Shown here in pieces: positions 31,618-41,205 of a stretch of 64,000 bases of DNA. Each line of letters begins with the position of its first letter. Within the stretch, counting starts at the first letter, position 1. Origin of the DNA: Peptococcaceae bacterium (lineage in GTDB: Bacteria; Bacillota; Dehalobacteriia; UBA4068; JAAVYR01). Under the pieces are notes generated by a model. It searched no databases. It was not told the DNA's origin and saw only the letters and a list, made by a program, of their open reading frames with translations. The stretch lies in contig JAAVYR010000004.1 in the NCBI GenBank assembly GCA_022791255.1, forward strand, positions 25,992-89,991, in the 5' to 3' direction. The position numbers and the translations under genes are program-made.

Positions 31618-32217
31618 ATGATTATTCCAGAAATCGAAACGCGCCGCAGTATCCGCAAATTCCAACCCCAGGAAGTGCCCCAAGAAACCATAGAACAGCT
31701 TATTGCCGCCGCACGGCTTGCCCCCTCCGGCACCAATAAGCAGCCTTGGAAATTCATCATCTACCGAGGGGAAGCAAAGGTGCAGCTAACCGCAAAAATG
31801 GCAGCAGGCCTAGCCCGAGAAGAGCTAGGAGAGGATATGGTCTTAAAGGACTCTCGCTGGGGACTGCCCGACGCGAAGAACACCTTGCGCATTATGGAAG
31901 AAGCGCCTATCCTCATTGCTGTGCTCAACACTTGCGGCAGGTCTATATTGACGCCTCTTACCAGGGACCAACGGGTCACAGAAATCGTGGATAGCCTCTC
32001 CATCGGTGCTGCCATCGAAAACATGCTGCTCCAAGCAGAACGAGAAGGCGTCGCCACCCTCTGGATTGCCAATACCTGTTTTGCCTACCCAGAGCTAGTG
32101 GAATACATCGGCACCGAGCACCAGCTTATCGGCGCTATCGCTATAGGCTACGCCGCCGAGAGCCCCGCCCCTCGCCCCCGGAAGCCTCTTACAGAAATCC
32201 TCGAATACCGAAAATAG
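31618..32217 (+). CDS. nitroreductase family protein
   Basis: RRSIRKF…SGTNKQPW signature. 199 aa. Confidence 0.85.
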   Translation: MIIPEIETRRSIRKFQPQEVPQETIEQLIAAARLAPSGTNKQPWKFIIYRGEAKVQLTAKMAAGLAREELGEDMVLKDSRWGLPDAKNTLRIMEEAPILIAVLNTCGRSILTPLTRDQRVTEIVDSLSIGAAIENMLLQAEREGVATLWIANTCFAYPELVEYIGTEHQLIGAIAIGYAAESPAPRPRKPLTEILEYRK

Positions 32218-32321
32218 GCCACGGATGACGCCACTTTGTGCAAAAACGAAACCTACTACTTCTTAGGCAAAAGTAACTGTCAGAAGTAGTCCGTAGTTTT
32301 TTGTACCGCGTGGCATGACAG

Positions 32322-32436
32322 GTCATCCTGAGGCGCTTTAAGATCCTTCGCATTCGCTAACGCTCTGCTCAGGATGACAATCAGAAGTACACACTGCCTC
32401 TATATGTCATCCTGAGGAACACAGTGACGAAGGATC
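32322..32436. repeat. cluster of three copies (mixed orientation) of the dispersed short repeat family
   Basis: gtcatcctgag…gatccttcg, then ctcaggatgac (inverted), then gtcatcctgag…cgaaggatc. Forms a long hairpin in a convergent intergenic region. Confidence 0.6.
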
Positions 32437-32475
32437 TTATCCCCCTACTCATCAAAAGAATAATTATTTAATTCC

Positions 32476-32775
32476 TCAATCATAATCTTCTGCCACTAAA
32501 TCTGTTTGATACACTTCTGCCATAATTTTCATTCCCAAACGAAGTCCATCCAAAAACATATAGGCGATATCCCATTCTGTTTCCAGATATCTCGCGTCTG
32601 ACATTTCATTAAACGCCTTCCCATACTTTGGGTCCATTTTCTCTAAAGCTTCTCCTATCCAATCATAACGGATTTTTTGTTCATGTAATAAATCCTTATG
32701 TTCCTCTAAAATTGGTTCATATCTTGCTCGCGGGTCTATTTCTCCTTTATACAGTTGATATAAAATACTTTTCAT
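32476..32775 (-). CDS. hypothetical protein (99 aa)
   Basis: ORF with reasonable codon usage. No known motif. Confidence 0.4.
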   Translation of the reverse strand: MKSILYQLYKGEIDPRARYEPILEEHKDLLHEQKIRYDWIGEALEKMDPKYGKAFNEMSDARYLETEWDIAYMFLDGLRLGMKIMAEVYQTDLVAEDYD

Positions 32776-32904
32776 CCTATTTTCCCCTTTCTATTTTCCT
32801 TCTGCTTTTCAACTCCATTATAGCAATTAAAAAACCACCATATTGCGATGTGTTGCAATATACGAAAGTCGCTTAATATTAATTTTTTTAAGGAGTTGAA
32901 AACC

Positions 32905-33045
32905 ATGCATACTATGCTTGCCCATATGAAACTAAGCGATACCACAAAGAAGGGTATTGACCAGCTCTATAAGCGGCTTTATGCTCCTTTTGAAAAGAAC
33001 CTATGGATTTTCTTTAACCTGGGCTACGACTGCTGCCAGGCATAA
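32905..33045 (+). CDS. small hypothetical protein (46 aa) ending GYDCCQA
   Basis: Strong RBS taaggag 8 nt upstream of the ATG. Preceded by palindrome atattgc-N8-gcaatat. Confidence 0.3.
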   Translation: MHTMLAHMKLSDTTKKGIDQLYKRLYAPFEKNLWIFFNLGYDCCQA

Positions 33046-33167
33046 GATTTAAAATAAAAAACTTAAATTTTTCTCTGGTAAAAAATGAAAAAATGATTAT
33101 AATAAGAAGAAACCGAAATAATAGTTTTATTTTCAAACTATTATTTAACATAAAGGAGCATCTAATT

Positions 33168-34541
33168 ATGGGTCACCATACGATTAAAAATGGCTATCAA
33201 AGTTTTGCCGATCGGCTTAATCTCTTACCTCAGGGAGCTCCGCAGACCGAGGCCCTCTTTCCCCTTTTGCGTGCTCTGGTCAGCGAGAAAGAGGCCGAGA
33301 TCCTCTCCCTCTTGCCCGTTCGTCCTTTTTCCGTGGAAAAAGCGGCCAAGGCTCTGAAAAAACCAGTCACCGAAACAGAAAAAATCCTCACCGATTTAGC
33401 ATCCAAAGCCATGCTCCTGGATGTAACAGACCCCGCAGGCAACAGGCAATTCATTCTGCCACCACCCATGGCAGGCTTCTTTGAGTTTTCCCTTATGCGC
33501 ATGGGAGGACAAAGGGACCAAAAGCAAATCTCTGCCCTTCTTTATGAATATCTCAATGTAGAAGAAGATTTCGTCCGAGAATTATTCGTCACCAATACCA
33601 AACTAGGCCGCATATTGGTCAACGAAAAAGCTTACGAACAAAGTAAAGACAAGGAACAAGACGAAAACATCCCCCACGAACTGCACATCTTAGACTATGA
33701 ACGGACCAGTCATATTTTAAAGAGCGCCGGCACCATCGCCGTGGGCACCTGCTATTGTCGGCATAAAATGCTCCATATGGGCAAAAACTGCGACGCGCCG
33801 CTGGATGTGTGTCTCACCCTAGGCAATACCGCCAAATCGTTAATCAAATATGGACATGCCAGAGAATTAACCTTGTCTGAAGCTATGGACGCCATCGAAC
33901 TTTCCCAGGAGCACCACCTGGTGCAAATCGGCGAAAACGAGCAAAAGGACATGCCCTTCATCTGCAACTGTTGCGGCTGCTGCTGTGAAGCGCTCCTAGC
34001 TATCAAGCGCTTTGGCACACTCAATTCTATTAATACTACTTCTTTCCTGCCGCAAGTATCAGATAACTGTATCGGCTGTGGCAAGTGTGCGAAAATCTGT
34101 CCGGTAGACTGTATCCAGCTGGAGAAAATCCCTCTGACAGAAACAGAACTCTCAGAGCCCAATGACTTCACCGTCACGAAACAGGAAAGCAAGCGCACCA
34201 TCAGCAAAAAGCAAGGAAAATACCGTATCCGCCTCACCATAGACGAGTCCGTCTGCCTGGGCTGCGGCTTATGCGTGCAGGCCTGTCCTACCCAGGCCAT
34301 TACCCTGCGGCAGCGGGAAAACACTATCATCACCCCGGTTACTGCCTCACACCGCATCGTTCTTGCCGCTATCGACAAGGGCAGGCTGGCTAATCTCATC
34401 TTTGATAATCAAGCTTTCGCCAGCCACCGGGCTATGGCCGCCATCCTTGGCGCCATCTTAAAGCTACCGCCAGCCAAGCAATTGCTAGCCAAGGAGCAAA
34501 TCCGCTCCCACTATCTTGCCAATTTGCTGGATAAAAAATAA
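33168..34541 (+). CDS. 4Fe-4S dicluster domain-containing protein (Cys-rich, function unknown)
   Basis: Two ferredoxin-type CxxCxxCxxxCP motifs (CIGCGKCAKICP, CLGCGLCVQACP) plus a CNCCGCCC cluster. RBS aaaggagc before ATG 33168. Confidence 0.6.
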   Translation: MGHHTIKNGYQSFADRLNLLPQGAPQTEALFPLLRALVSEKEAEILSLLPVRPFSVEKAAKALKKPVTETEKILTDLASKAMLLDVTDPAGNRQFILPPPMAGFFEFSLMRMGGQRDQKQISALLYEYLNVEEDFVRELFVTNTKLGRILVNEKAYEQSKDKEQDENIPHELHILDYERTSHILKSAGTIAVGTCYCRHKMLHMGKNCDAPLDVCLTLGNTAKSLIKYGHARELTLSEAMDAIELSQEHHLVQIGENEQKDMPFICNCCGCCCEALLAIKRFGTLNSINTTSFLPQVSDNCIGCGKCAKICPVDCIQLEKIPLTETELSEPNDFTVTKQESKRTISKKQGKYRIRLTIDESVCLGCGLCVQACPTQAITLRQRENTIITPVTASHRIVLAAIDKGRLANLIFDNQAFASHRAMAAILGAILKLPPAKQLLAKEQIRSHYLANLLDKK

Positions 34542-34626
34542 AATTGTCTTTTGGCGAAAAATTGCTATAATAGAAATAATAGGAACTATTAAAAAAACTG
34601 TTAAAAACGATGATGGGGGCGCAAGC

Positions 34627-35418
34627 ATGAATTGTTTTCAAGAAGCAAAGCGTATCGTGGTAAAAGTAGGCACATCTACCCTGACCCATGCTACTGGCAT
34701 TATCAATATCCGCCGCATGGAGCACCTGGTAAAGGTTCTAGCTGATATTAAAAACTCTGGCAGAGAATTAGTAGTGGTAACCTCTGCTGCTATTAGCGTA
34801 GGTGTAGGGAAACTAGGTCTAAGCGAAAAGCCAAAAGACATGCCCTCGAAACAGGCTGCTGCTGCCGTGGGCCAGTGCGAGCTCATGTATCTTTATGACA
34901 AGGCATTTTCCGAATACAATCACACCGTATCTCAGCTGCTCTTGACCAGAGATATGATGGAAAACGACCACTGGAAACAAAATATTAAAAATACTTTTTG
35001 CCGTCTCTTAGAGATGGGGGCTATCCCTATCGTCAACGAAAACGATACCGTCAACACGGAAGAAATCGAGTTTGGCGATAACGATACTTTATCAGCCCTG
35101 GTTGCCACCCTAGTAGAGGCAGACGCTCTGATTATTATGAGTGATGTAGACGGCCTTTATACGGAAAACCCTCGGAAAAATCCAGTAGGCGCCAAGCTTA
35201 TCCCTACCGTCACCGAAATTGACGACCGCATACTTGCTATCGCCCAAGGGGCTGGCACCGCTTTCGCCACTGGCGGCATGATTACCAAGCTTCATGCAGC
35301 AGATATTGCCATGCAGGCGGGTATCGATATGGCCATCATCAGCGGCGACCACCCGGAAAATCTCTACCGTCTTTTTGACGGAGAACCACTCGGCACCCAT
35401 TTCGTCGCTCAAAAATAA
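34627..35418 (+). CDS. proB: glutamate 5-kinase (no PUA domain)
   Basis: KRIVVKVGTSTL…VVVTSAAISVG amino-acid-kinase family. proA lies immediately downstream. Confidence 0.9.
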   Translation: MNCFQEAKRIVVKVGTSTLTHATGIINIRRMEHLVKVLADIKNSGRELVVVTSAAISVGVGKLGLSEKPKDMPSKQAAAAVGQCELMYLYDKAFSEYNHTVSQLLLTRDMMENDHWKQNIKNTFCRLLEMGAIPIVNENDTVNTEEIEFGDNDTLSALVATLVEADALIIMSDVDGLYTENPRKNPVGAKLIPTVTEIDDRILAIAQGAGTAFATGGMITKLHAADIAMQAGIDMAIISGDHPENLYRLFDGEPLGTHFVAQK

Positions 35419-35455
35419 TTATTTCAATTATTTCTATTAGGAAGAAGGTGTATCC

Positions 35456-36721
35456 ATGGCAAACGCAAAACTTTCCCCCTTAGAAACCTTAGCAGCCTCT
35501 GTCAAAAACAGCGCTAAAACATTAAATATCGCCCCCTCTGCAAAGCGCAATGAGGCCATCAGCCGTATCGCCAAGAACCTGCTGGCACGGCAAGCAGAAA
35601 TCTTAGCTGCTAACGCAAAAGATATTGCCGCTGCAAAAGAAAACGGCATTGCTGCTGCAATGATAGACCGTCTTTCTCTGACAGAAGACCGCATCAAAGC
35701 CATCTCTGCTGCCTGCAAACAAGTGATAAGCCTACCAGACCCACTGGGAAAGGCGGACTTTGGCACCACCTTACCAAACGGCCTGGAAATGGTGCGGGTA
35801 AAAGTACCCCTTGGCGTCATCGGTATCATTTATGAGGCTCGCCCCAATGTAACGGTAGACGCCGCTGTTCTTTGCCTGAAGTCTGGTAACGCTTGCCTCT
35901 TAAAAGGGGGCAAGGAAGCCCTCCACTCAAATATGATATTGCGGGATATTATGCAGCAATCCCTAGAGGAAGCAGGTCTTCCTACCCATTGTATCGCACT
36001 GGTAGAAGACACCGCCAGAGAAACGACCACCCAGATGATGCGGCTCAATGGCTATCTGGATGTGCTCATTCCCAGAGGTGGGGCAGGTCTTATCCGCGCA
36101 GTAGTAGCCAATGCCACCGTCCCAGTTATCGAAACTGGCGTAGGCAACTGTCACATCTATGTAGATGAAACAGCGGACCTTGCCATGGCAGTAAACATCA
36201 TCGACAATGCGAAAACATCTCGTCCCAGCGTGTGCAATGCAGTAGAGACCATCCTCATCCACGAAGCAATAGCACCACAGCTCTTGCCCCTGCTAAAAGA
36301 ACAGCTGGATAAGCACCAAGTAACCTGGCGCGGCTGTCCCAAGACCGAGGAAATCCTGGGCATGGCCATCCAACCGGCTACCGAAGAGGACTACACCACC
36401 GAATATAACGACTACATCATTTGCTGCAAAATCGTGCAGGATATGACAGAGGCTTTAGCCCATATCGACCGCTATTCCACCCGCCATTCGGAAGCCATTA
36501 TTACCAACGACTATGAACGAAGCCAGGAATTTACCAGAAAAGTAGACGCCGCTGCCGTCTATGTCAATGCTTCCACCCGCTTTACAGATGGCGGGGAGTT
36601 TGGCTTTGGTGCGGAAATCGGCATCTCTACCCAGAAGCTCCACGCCCGAGGTCCTATGGGGCTAGACCAGCTCACCAGTTGGAAATATATCCTCCGCGGC
36701 AATGGACAAATCCGCAAGTAG
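35456..36721 (+). CDS. proA: glutamate-5-semialdehyde dehydrogenase (gamma-glutamyl phosphate reductase)
   Basis: ProA family, 421 aa, with catalytic Cys region (VGNCHIY…NASTRFTDGGEFG). Confidence 0.9.
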   Translation: MANAKLSPLETLAASVKNSAKTLNIAPSAKRNEAISRIAKNLLARQAEILAANAKDIAAAKENGIAAAMIDRLSLTEDRIKAISAACKQVISLPDPLGKADFGTTLPNGLEMVRVKVPLGVIGIIYEARPNVTVDAAVLCLKSGNACLLKGGKEALHSNMILRDIMQQSLEEAGLPTHCIALVEDTARETTTQMMRLNGYLDVLIPRGGAGLIRAVVANATVPVIETGVGNCHIYVDETADLAMAVNIIDNAKTSRPSVCNAVETILIHEAIAPQLLPLLKEQLDKHQVTWRGCPKTEEILGMAIQPATEEDYTTEYNDYIICCKIVQDMTEALAHIDRYSTRHSEAIITNDYERSQEFTRKVDAAAVYVNASTRFTDGGEFGFGAEIGISTQKLHARGPMGLDQLTSWKYILRGNGQIRK

Positions 36722-36805
36722 TGCTATCCTCTACAAAAGAGCTAGGCTACACCCATATACATTCTGATATATCTAATCTTATAAAGAAAAGAGGCATCCA
36801 CTATT

Positions 36806-38011
36806 ATGACTGAAAAAAACAATTCATCTGCAATCGACCAATTATTATCTGAGAGAATTAAATCCACTCCGCCATCTTTTGTAAGAAGTATTTTAAAAGT
36901 TGCTGTTGACCCAGAAATCATTTCTTTCGCCGGAGGTCTGCCAAATCCTGTTTCTTTTCCTCAGGAAGACTTGCTCAAATCTATGGAACGGATTGTAAAA
37001 ACCTATGGAGACAAAGTATTCCAATACTCTGTAACTGCTGGCATTTCAGAATTACGAGGACTTCTCGCTGAGCGCTACAACAAACGCTATGGAGTAAACT
37101 TGACCGAAGACAACATCCTCATCACCACTGGTTCTCAGCAGGCTCTGGACTTAATCGGCAAAGTGCTCCTCAATGACAACGATGGCGTTATCGTAGAAAA
37201 ACCAAGTTATCTAGGCGCCATCCAAGCCTTCTCCCAATATCATCCTACCTTTTACCCAGTAAATCTGACAGAAGAAGGACTAGATTTAAATCAATTAGAA
37301 GAAGCATTAACCCATGAAAATATCAAATTTGTCTATGCGATCCCAGACTTCCAAAATCCAACTGGTCTTACCTATTCTGCTGAAAACAGAAAGAAAGTCT
37401 GCGAAATCTTACAAAAGCATAATATTGTCTTAATCGAAGACGACCCATACGGCGACTTACGCTTCACTGGAGAACGCCTACCATACATTGGCCTGGGTAA
37501 ACACCCCAACAGCATTGTCCTGGGTACCTTCTCAAAGACTGTGACCCCTGGTATGCGCATCGGTTTCATCGTATCCGAAAATAAAGACCTGTTAAAAAAC
37601 ATCTCTATTTCCAAAGAAGCCAGCGACCTGCACACCAATGTGTTCTCTCAATATTTAATTTATGATTATCTCAGCAACAATGATGTAGACGCACACATTA
37701 ACGATATCAAAAATTTATACCAAAGCCAGGCCCAAGCCATGTTGGATGCAATGGCAGAATACTTCCCTGATACCGTATCCTATACCAAGCCAGACGGCGG
37801 TATGTTTATCTGGGCAACCCTACCAGAAGGCGTTAGCGCTCTAGAACTGTTCCCCAAAGCACTAGAAAAGAAAGTAGCCTTCGTGCCAGGGGACCCCTTC
37901 TACATTAACCAGAAAAATGTCAATACCATGCGGCTGAACTATACCAATGCCGACAGCGACACCATCCGGGAAGGCATTCGCAGATTAGGCGAACTCTTAA
38001 AAGAATTATAA
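36806..38011 (+). CDS. PLP-dependent aminotransferase, class I/II
   Basis: SKTVTPGMRIGF Lys-containing PLP motif and overall AspC/PatA-like fold. 401 aa. Confidence 0.8.
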   Translation: MTEKNNSSAIDQLLSERIKSTPPSFVRSILKVAVDPEIISFAGGLPNPVSFPQEDLLKSMERIVKTYGDKVFQYSVTAGISELRGLLAERYNKRYGVNLTEDNILITTGSQQALDLIGKVLLNDNDGVIVEKPSYLGAIQAFSQYHPTFYPVNLTEEGLDLNQLEEALTHENIKFVYAIPDFQNPTGLTYSAENRKKVCEILQKHNIVLIEDDPYGDLRFTGERLPYIGLGKHPNSIVLGTFSKTVTPGMRIGFIVSENKDLLKNISISKEASDLHTNVFSQYLIYDYLSNNDVDAHINDIKNLYQSQAQAMLDAMAEYFPDTVSYTKPDGGMFIWATLPEGVSALELFPKALEKKVAFVPGDPFYINQKNVNTMRLNYTNADSDTIREGIRRLGELLKEL

Positions 38012-38025
38012 AATAAATAAGAATA

Positions 38026-38062
38026 AAAAAAGAGAACGGCTTTGCCGTTCTCTTTTTTTATT
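38026..38062. terminator. bidirectional rho-independent terminator
   Basis: agagaacggc-tttg-ccgttctct hairpin flanked by A and T runs. Confidence 0.7.
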
Positions 38063-38063
38063 C

Positions 38064-38672
38064 TTATAATGTGCTGTAAAGACCACACAAAGCATTGATA
38101 CAACCTTCTACACCTAGCTTATCTACATTTAAGCAGATATCATAGTTCAGTGGGTCAGACCAACTTTGTTTGGTATGATAATAATAAGAGTCTTTTCTCT
38201 TTTGTTCTTTCTTCTTAATGGCACGGATAGCAGCAAACTCGCTTAAGCCTTCTGTCTTCATCACATAATCGATTTTAAAATCCATAGACCCAATCAGCTT
38301 TACCCGCAAAAGCTTAATTGGTTCATCTTTTAAGGCAAAATTCCCACAACGGCCTACTACGATATAGTCCTTTTCTTGGGCAGCTTTTACCAATACATCT
38401 TTTTGCAAGGAATAAAGAACATCGCTGACAGTAGTAGCTTTTGGTGCATGTTCATTGCCGATAGAAACCCGTTTATAAAAGGCTAAGTTAGGAGATTTTT
38501 CATCTACACGTTCTAAAACGCCTGGTTCGATGCCACCGTGTTCGATTGCCATATTTACCAGGTTACGGTCATAGTAGTCAATACCCAACCGTTTTGCTGT
38601 TTCAGAAGCAATTTCAGAACCACAGCAACCATATTCACGGTTCATGGTAATTACTTTATGCATATCTGTCAT
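38064..38672 (-). CDS. cytidylate kinase-like family protein
   Basis: ITMNREYGCCGSEIASETAKRLGIDYYD matches the PF13189-type N-terminus. Confidence 0.6.
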   Translation of the reverse strand: MTDMHKVITMNREYGCCGSEIASETAKRLGIDYYDRNLVNMAIEHGGIEPGVLERVDEKSPNLAFYKRVSIGNEHAPKATTVSDVLYSLQKDVLVKAAQEKDYIVVGRCGNFALKDEPIKLLRVKLIGSMDFKIDYVMKTEGLSEFAAIRAIKKKEQKRKDSYYYHTKQSWSDPLNYDICLNVDKLGVEGCINALCGLYSTL

Positions 38673-39075
38673 ATCAAATCAACTCCTTAATTATTTCACA
38701 TGCGCTATTGATACAACCAATCATTCTGCATCACATAGTCATGATGATATGCTTTTTACTATTATATCAGAAAAATTTTTAACATTCAATCACCCAATGG
38801 CCGCCTAGCAGAAAAAAAATAAAAATTTCTTGCAGGATTTTACCAAAAAGTTCCTCCCCCTTTTTGGTTAAAAAAGAAAGATTGCGGCACACTAGAAAAG
38901 GACCCCCAAAATCCAAAGATTAACATTTTCTTTCGCCGGTGTAAATAACTAGGAAAACGCCCAATATAAAACCCAGTTTTTCTAATTATTTATTAGCGGC
39001 CGTAAATAAACTCTTTGCAATTACCCCAAAAGGCAGTGCAAAGAGTTTTTTGCATAGAGGACAGAAAACAAGCCG

Positions 39076-39573
39076 CTATGCTTCATAAATACCGCTTAAT
39101 ACTGCCTCTGCCAATATGTGGCCCTGCATAGCCCGACATAGCTCATTATAGAAGAAACCATTTTTCAGTGGCAATAAGGTATCCAGCGCATAGACCTTTA
39201 AATCATAGATATGAGGTTGATCCGGCGGTGCCATACCGCCATAGACAGCAGCCTCTTCTCTCGTCATATTCCCATGGCTATAGCGACTATTTACCCCTTG
39301 GATAAAACCTGTCGCCGTAATACTTTCATTTTCCGCTAAGCTGGTATGAGTCAGATTGGCCACCAACCAGTGGAGCCACACAAAACCACACACCGGCACA
39401 GCGTCCATATCGTCAAAAACAATTACATAGGATTTTGTTCCTACCGGCGCGTCGTGGATTTCCAGAGGAATAGAATAAGTGGGCATAGCATCTTTTCCAA
39501 ACTGTGTACCTCGCTTGCCGTAAATATCCTTCCAGTGCCCTCGCTCATCTAATCCACTGCTAGTTATATACAT
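39076..39573 (-). CDS. YbhB/YbcL-family Raf kinase inhibitor-like (PEBP) protein
   Basis: PEBP signature (YVIVFDDMDAV…HWLV). 165 aa. Confidence 0.75.
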   Translation of the reverse strand: MYITSSGLDERGHWKDIYGKRGTQFGKDAMPTYSIPLEIHDAPVGTKSYVIVFDDMDAVPVCGFVWLHWLVANLTHTSLAENESITATGFIQGVNSRYSHGNMTREEAAVYGGMAPPDQPHIYDLKVYALDTLLPLKNGFFYNELCRAMQGHILAEAVLSGIYEA

Positions 39574-39704
39574 AAAAAGACCTCCTTATCAGTTCATCAA
39601 TGATATTGCTTTATTGCAATAGATAAGCTCCACTAATTTTATTTGCTATTTTCTACAAAAAGTATATAATAAAATTTAAGTTTTGTAAAAGTGGGAGGTA
39701 GAAC

Positions 39705-40055
39705 ATGACAATTTTTAATGTATTAGATGTAACGGATATCCCTACCAATCCTCATGAAGAGGAACGATCCAATCTACTGTGTGCCGGCAAAACAGGTCGG
39801 ATTGAACGCCTAGTCTCTACCGGCCAAATCTCTCCAGCTGGCTTTTGGTATGACCAAGTAGAAGACGAGTGGATTGTTCTTTTATCTGGAGAAGCGCACA
39901 TCGCCTTTGAGAATGAGCAAGTCCAACTCAAAGCCGGCGACTCCCTACTCATCCCTGCCCACAAAAGACATCGAGTGGAATACACCAGCACCACACCGCC
40001 CTGCATTTGGCTTTGCGTCTTTGGGCACTACCACTCTGAAGAAAACTTTGGATGA
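39705..40055 (+). CDS. cupin domain protein
   Basis: Small β-barrel cupin motifs (EWIVLLSGEAHIAFE…GDSLLIPAHKRH). Confidence 0.65.
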   Translation: MTIFNVLDVTDIPTNPHEEERSNLLCAGKTGRIERLVSTGQISPAGFWYDQVEDEWIVLLSGEAHIAFENEQVQLKAGDSLLIPAHKRHRVEYTSTTPPCIWLCVFGHYHSEENFG

Positions 40056-40150
40056 TAACCACAAAGTACGAAAAAACAACAAACTGCTTCCGACAATTAC
40101 ATGAGACACGGGAAAAAATTCGTATGGGCTCGTAGATAGCAGCATAGTAA

Positions 40151-40177
40151 GTCACCCTGAGCCTAGCCGAAGGGTCC
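40151..40177. repeat. dispersed short repeat family, divergent copy 4
   Basis: gtcaccctgagcctagccgaagggtcc. Confidence 0.5.
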
Positions 40178-40240
40178 TAAAATCAGTATCATAATGAGAA
40201 AATAAATAATGCTTTTTCAAACGAGAGAAAGCTAACATCG

Positions 40241-40276
40241 AAAAAGACTGCCATCTTTGGCAGTCCTTTTTATTTA
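40241..40276. terminator. bidirectional terminator between convergent genes
   Basis: aagactgcca-tcttt-ggcagtcctt hairpin plus T-run. Confidence 0.65.
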
Positions 40277-40546
40277 GCAGTTACAGTTTGGGTCATCGCA
40301 GCAATGGCCGTTATGGTGATGATGAGAATGATTGCAGCAACCATCCTCTTTTTTTACCAACCGTTGTTCATTACCTGCTTCATCCACCATGACTACATTA
40401 TCTAGCTGAGAAATAAGGCTTGCCTTCATAGCGTCGATATATTCTCGGCGCAGCGCCTGCTGCTCTATTTTCTCCCCGTCGGTTAATCCTTCACCTTTGG
40501 CCTTTCTCGCTAGTTCATTGATCCGCTCTATTTTAGACTGATCCAA
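40274..40546 (-). CDS. DUF896 (UPF0291/YnzC-like) protein with Cys/His-rich C-terminal tail
   Basis: N-terminal ~65 aa resembles DUF896 (IERINELARKAK…LTDGEKIEQQALRREYIDAMK). C-terminal CCNHSHHHHNGHCCDDPNCNC. Confidence 0.65.
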   Translation of the reverse strand: MDQSKIERINELARKAKGEGLTDGEKIEQQALRREYIDAMKASLISQLDNVVMVDEAGNEQRLVKKEDGCCNHSHHHHNGHCCDDPNCNC

Positions 40547-40640
40547 TCAAAACACTCCTCTCTTTCCCTTTTCCTGTTAGCATACCGCTTGCGAGAAAAT
40601 TTATACACTATCGTTATCCCACTTGCAACATTTACCCTGC

Positions 40641-41102
40641 TCATTCTTTTGCTAAGAAATTTAAAATTTCTCCCGCATTATCATCAGGCTTTGCTTTAGG
40701 GTAAATCTTGATAATGGTTCCTGCTTCATCTATAACAAAAGTAGAACGAACTACACCAAAGCTGACTTTGCCATACATTTTCTTTTCCTGCCATACGCCA
40801 TAAGCCTGGATAGCTTCTTTTTCCACATCCGCAAGGAGGATAAACGGCAACTCGTATTTGGTAATAAATTTCTCGTGGGAAGCCTCACTGTCTTTACTGA
40901 TGCCGATGACAACAATATCTTTGGCTTGAAAGTCTGCATAGCGTTCTTTGAAGGCACAAGCCTGTCTGGTACAGCCTGGCGTATTATCTTTCGGATAAAA
41001 ATACACTACCACCTTTTTACCACGAAAATCTGATAACCGCACTAATTCACCCTTTTCATTGGGCAGCGCAAAATCCGGTGCCTGCATACCTACTTCTAAC
41101 AT
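40641..41102 (-). CDS. bcp: thioredoxin-dependent peroxiredoxin Bcp
   Basis: FYPKDNTPGCTRQAC peroxidatic Cys motif. Start at ATG 41102, which has a GGAGGA RBS. Confidence 0.85.
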   Translation of the reverse strand: MLEVGMQAPDFALPNEKGELVRLSDFRGKKVVVYFYPKDNTPGCTRQACAFKERYADFQAKDIVVIGISKDSEASHEKFITKYELPFILLADVEKEAIQAYGVWQEKKMYGKVSFGVVRSTFVIDEAGTIIKIYPKAKPDDNAGEILNFLAKE

Positions 41103-41205
41103 ACTATAAATCCTCCATATATCCAAAATTAATTCCCTTTTCTACCTCTTTCTACCTCCCAAATCCTGCGCGAGAGACAGTCAGTCACTTCCCAGCAGGA
41201 TGTGG

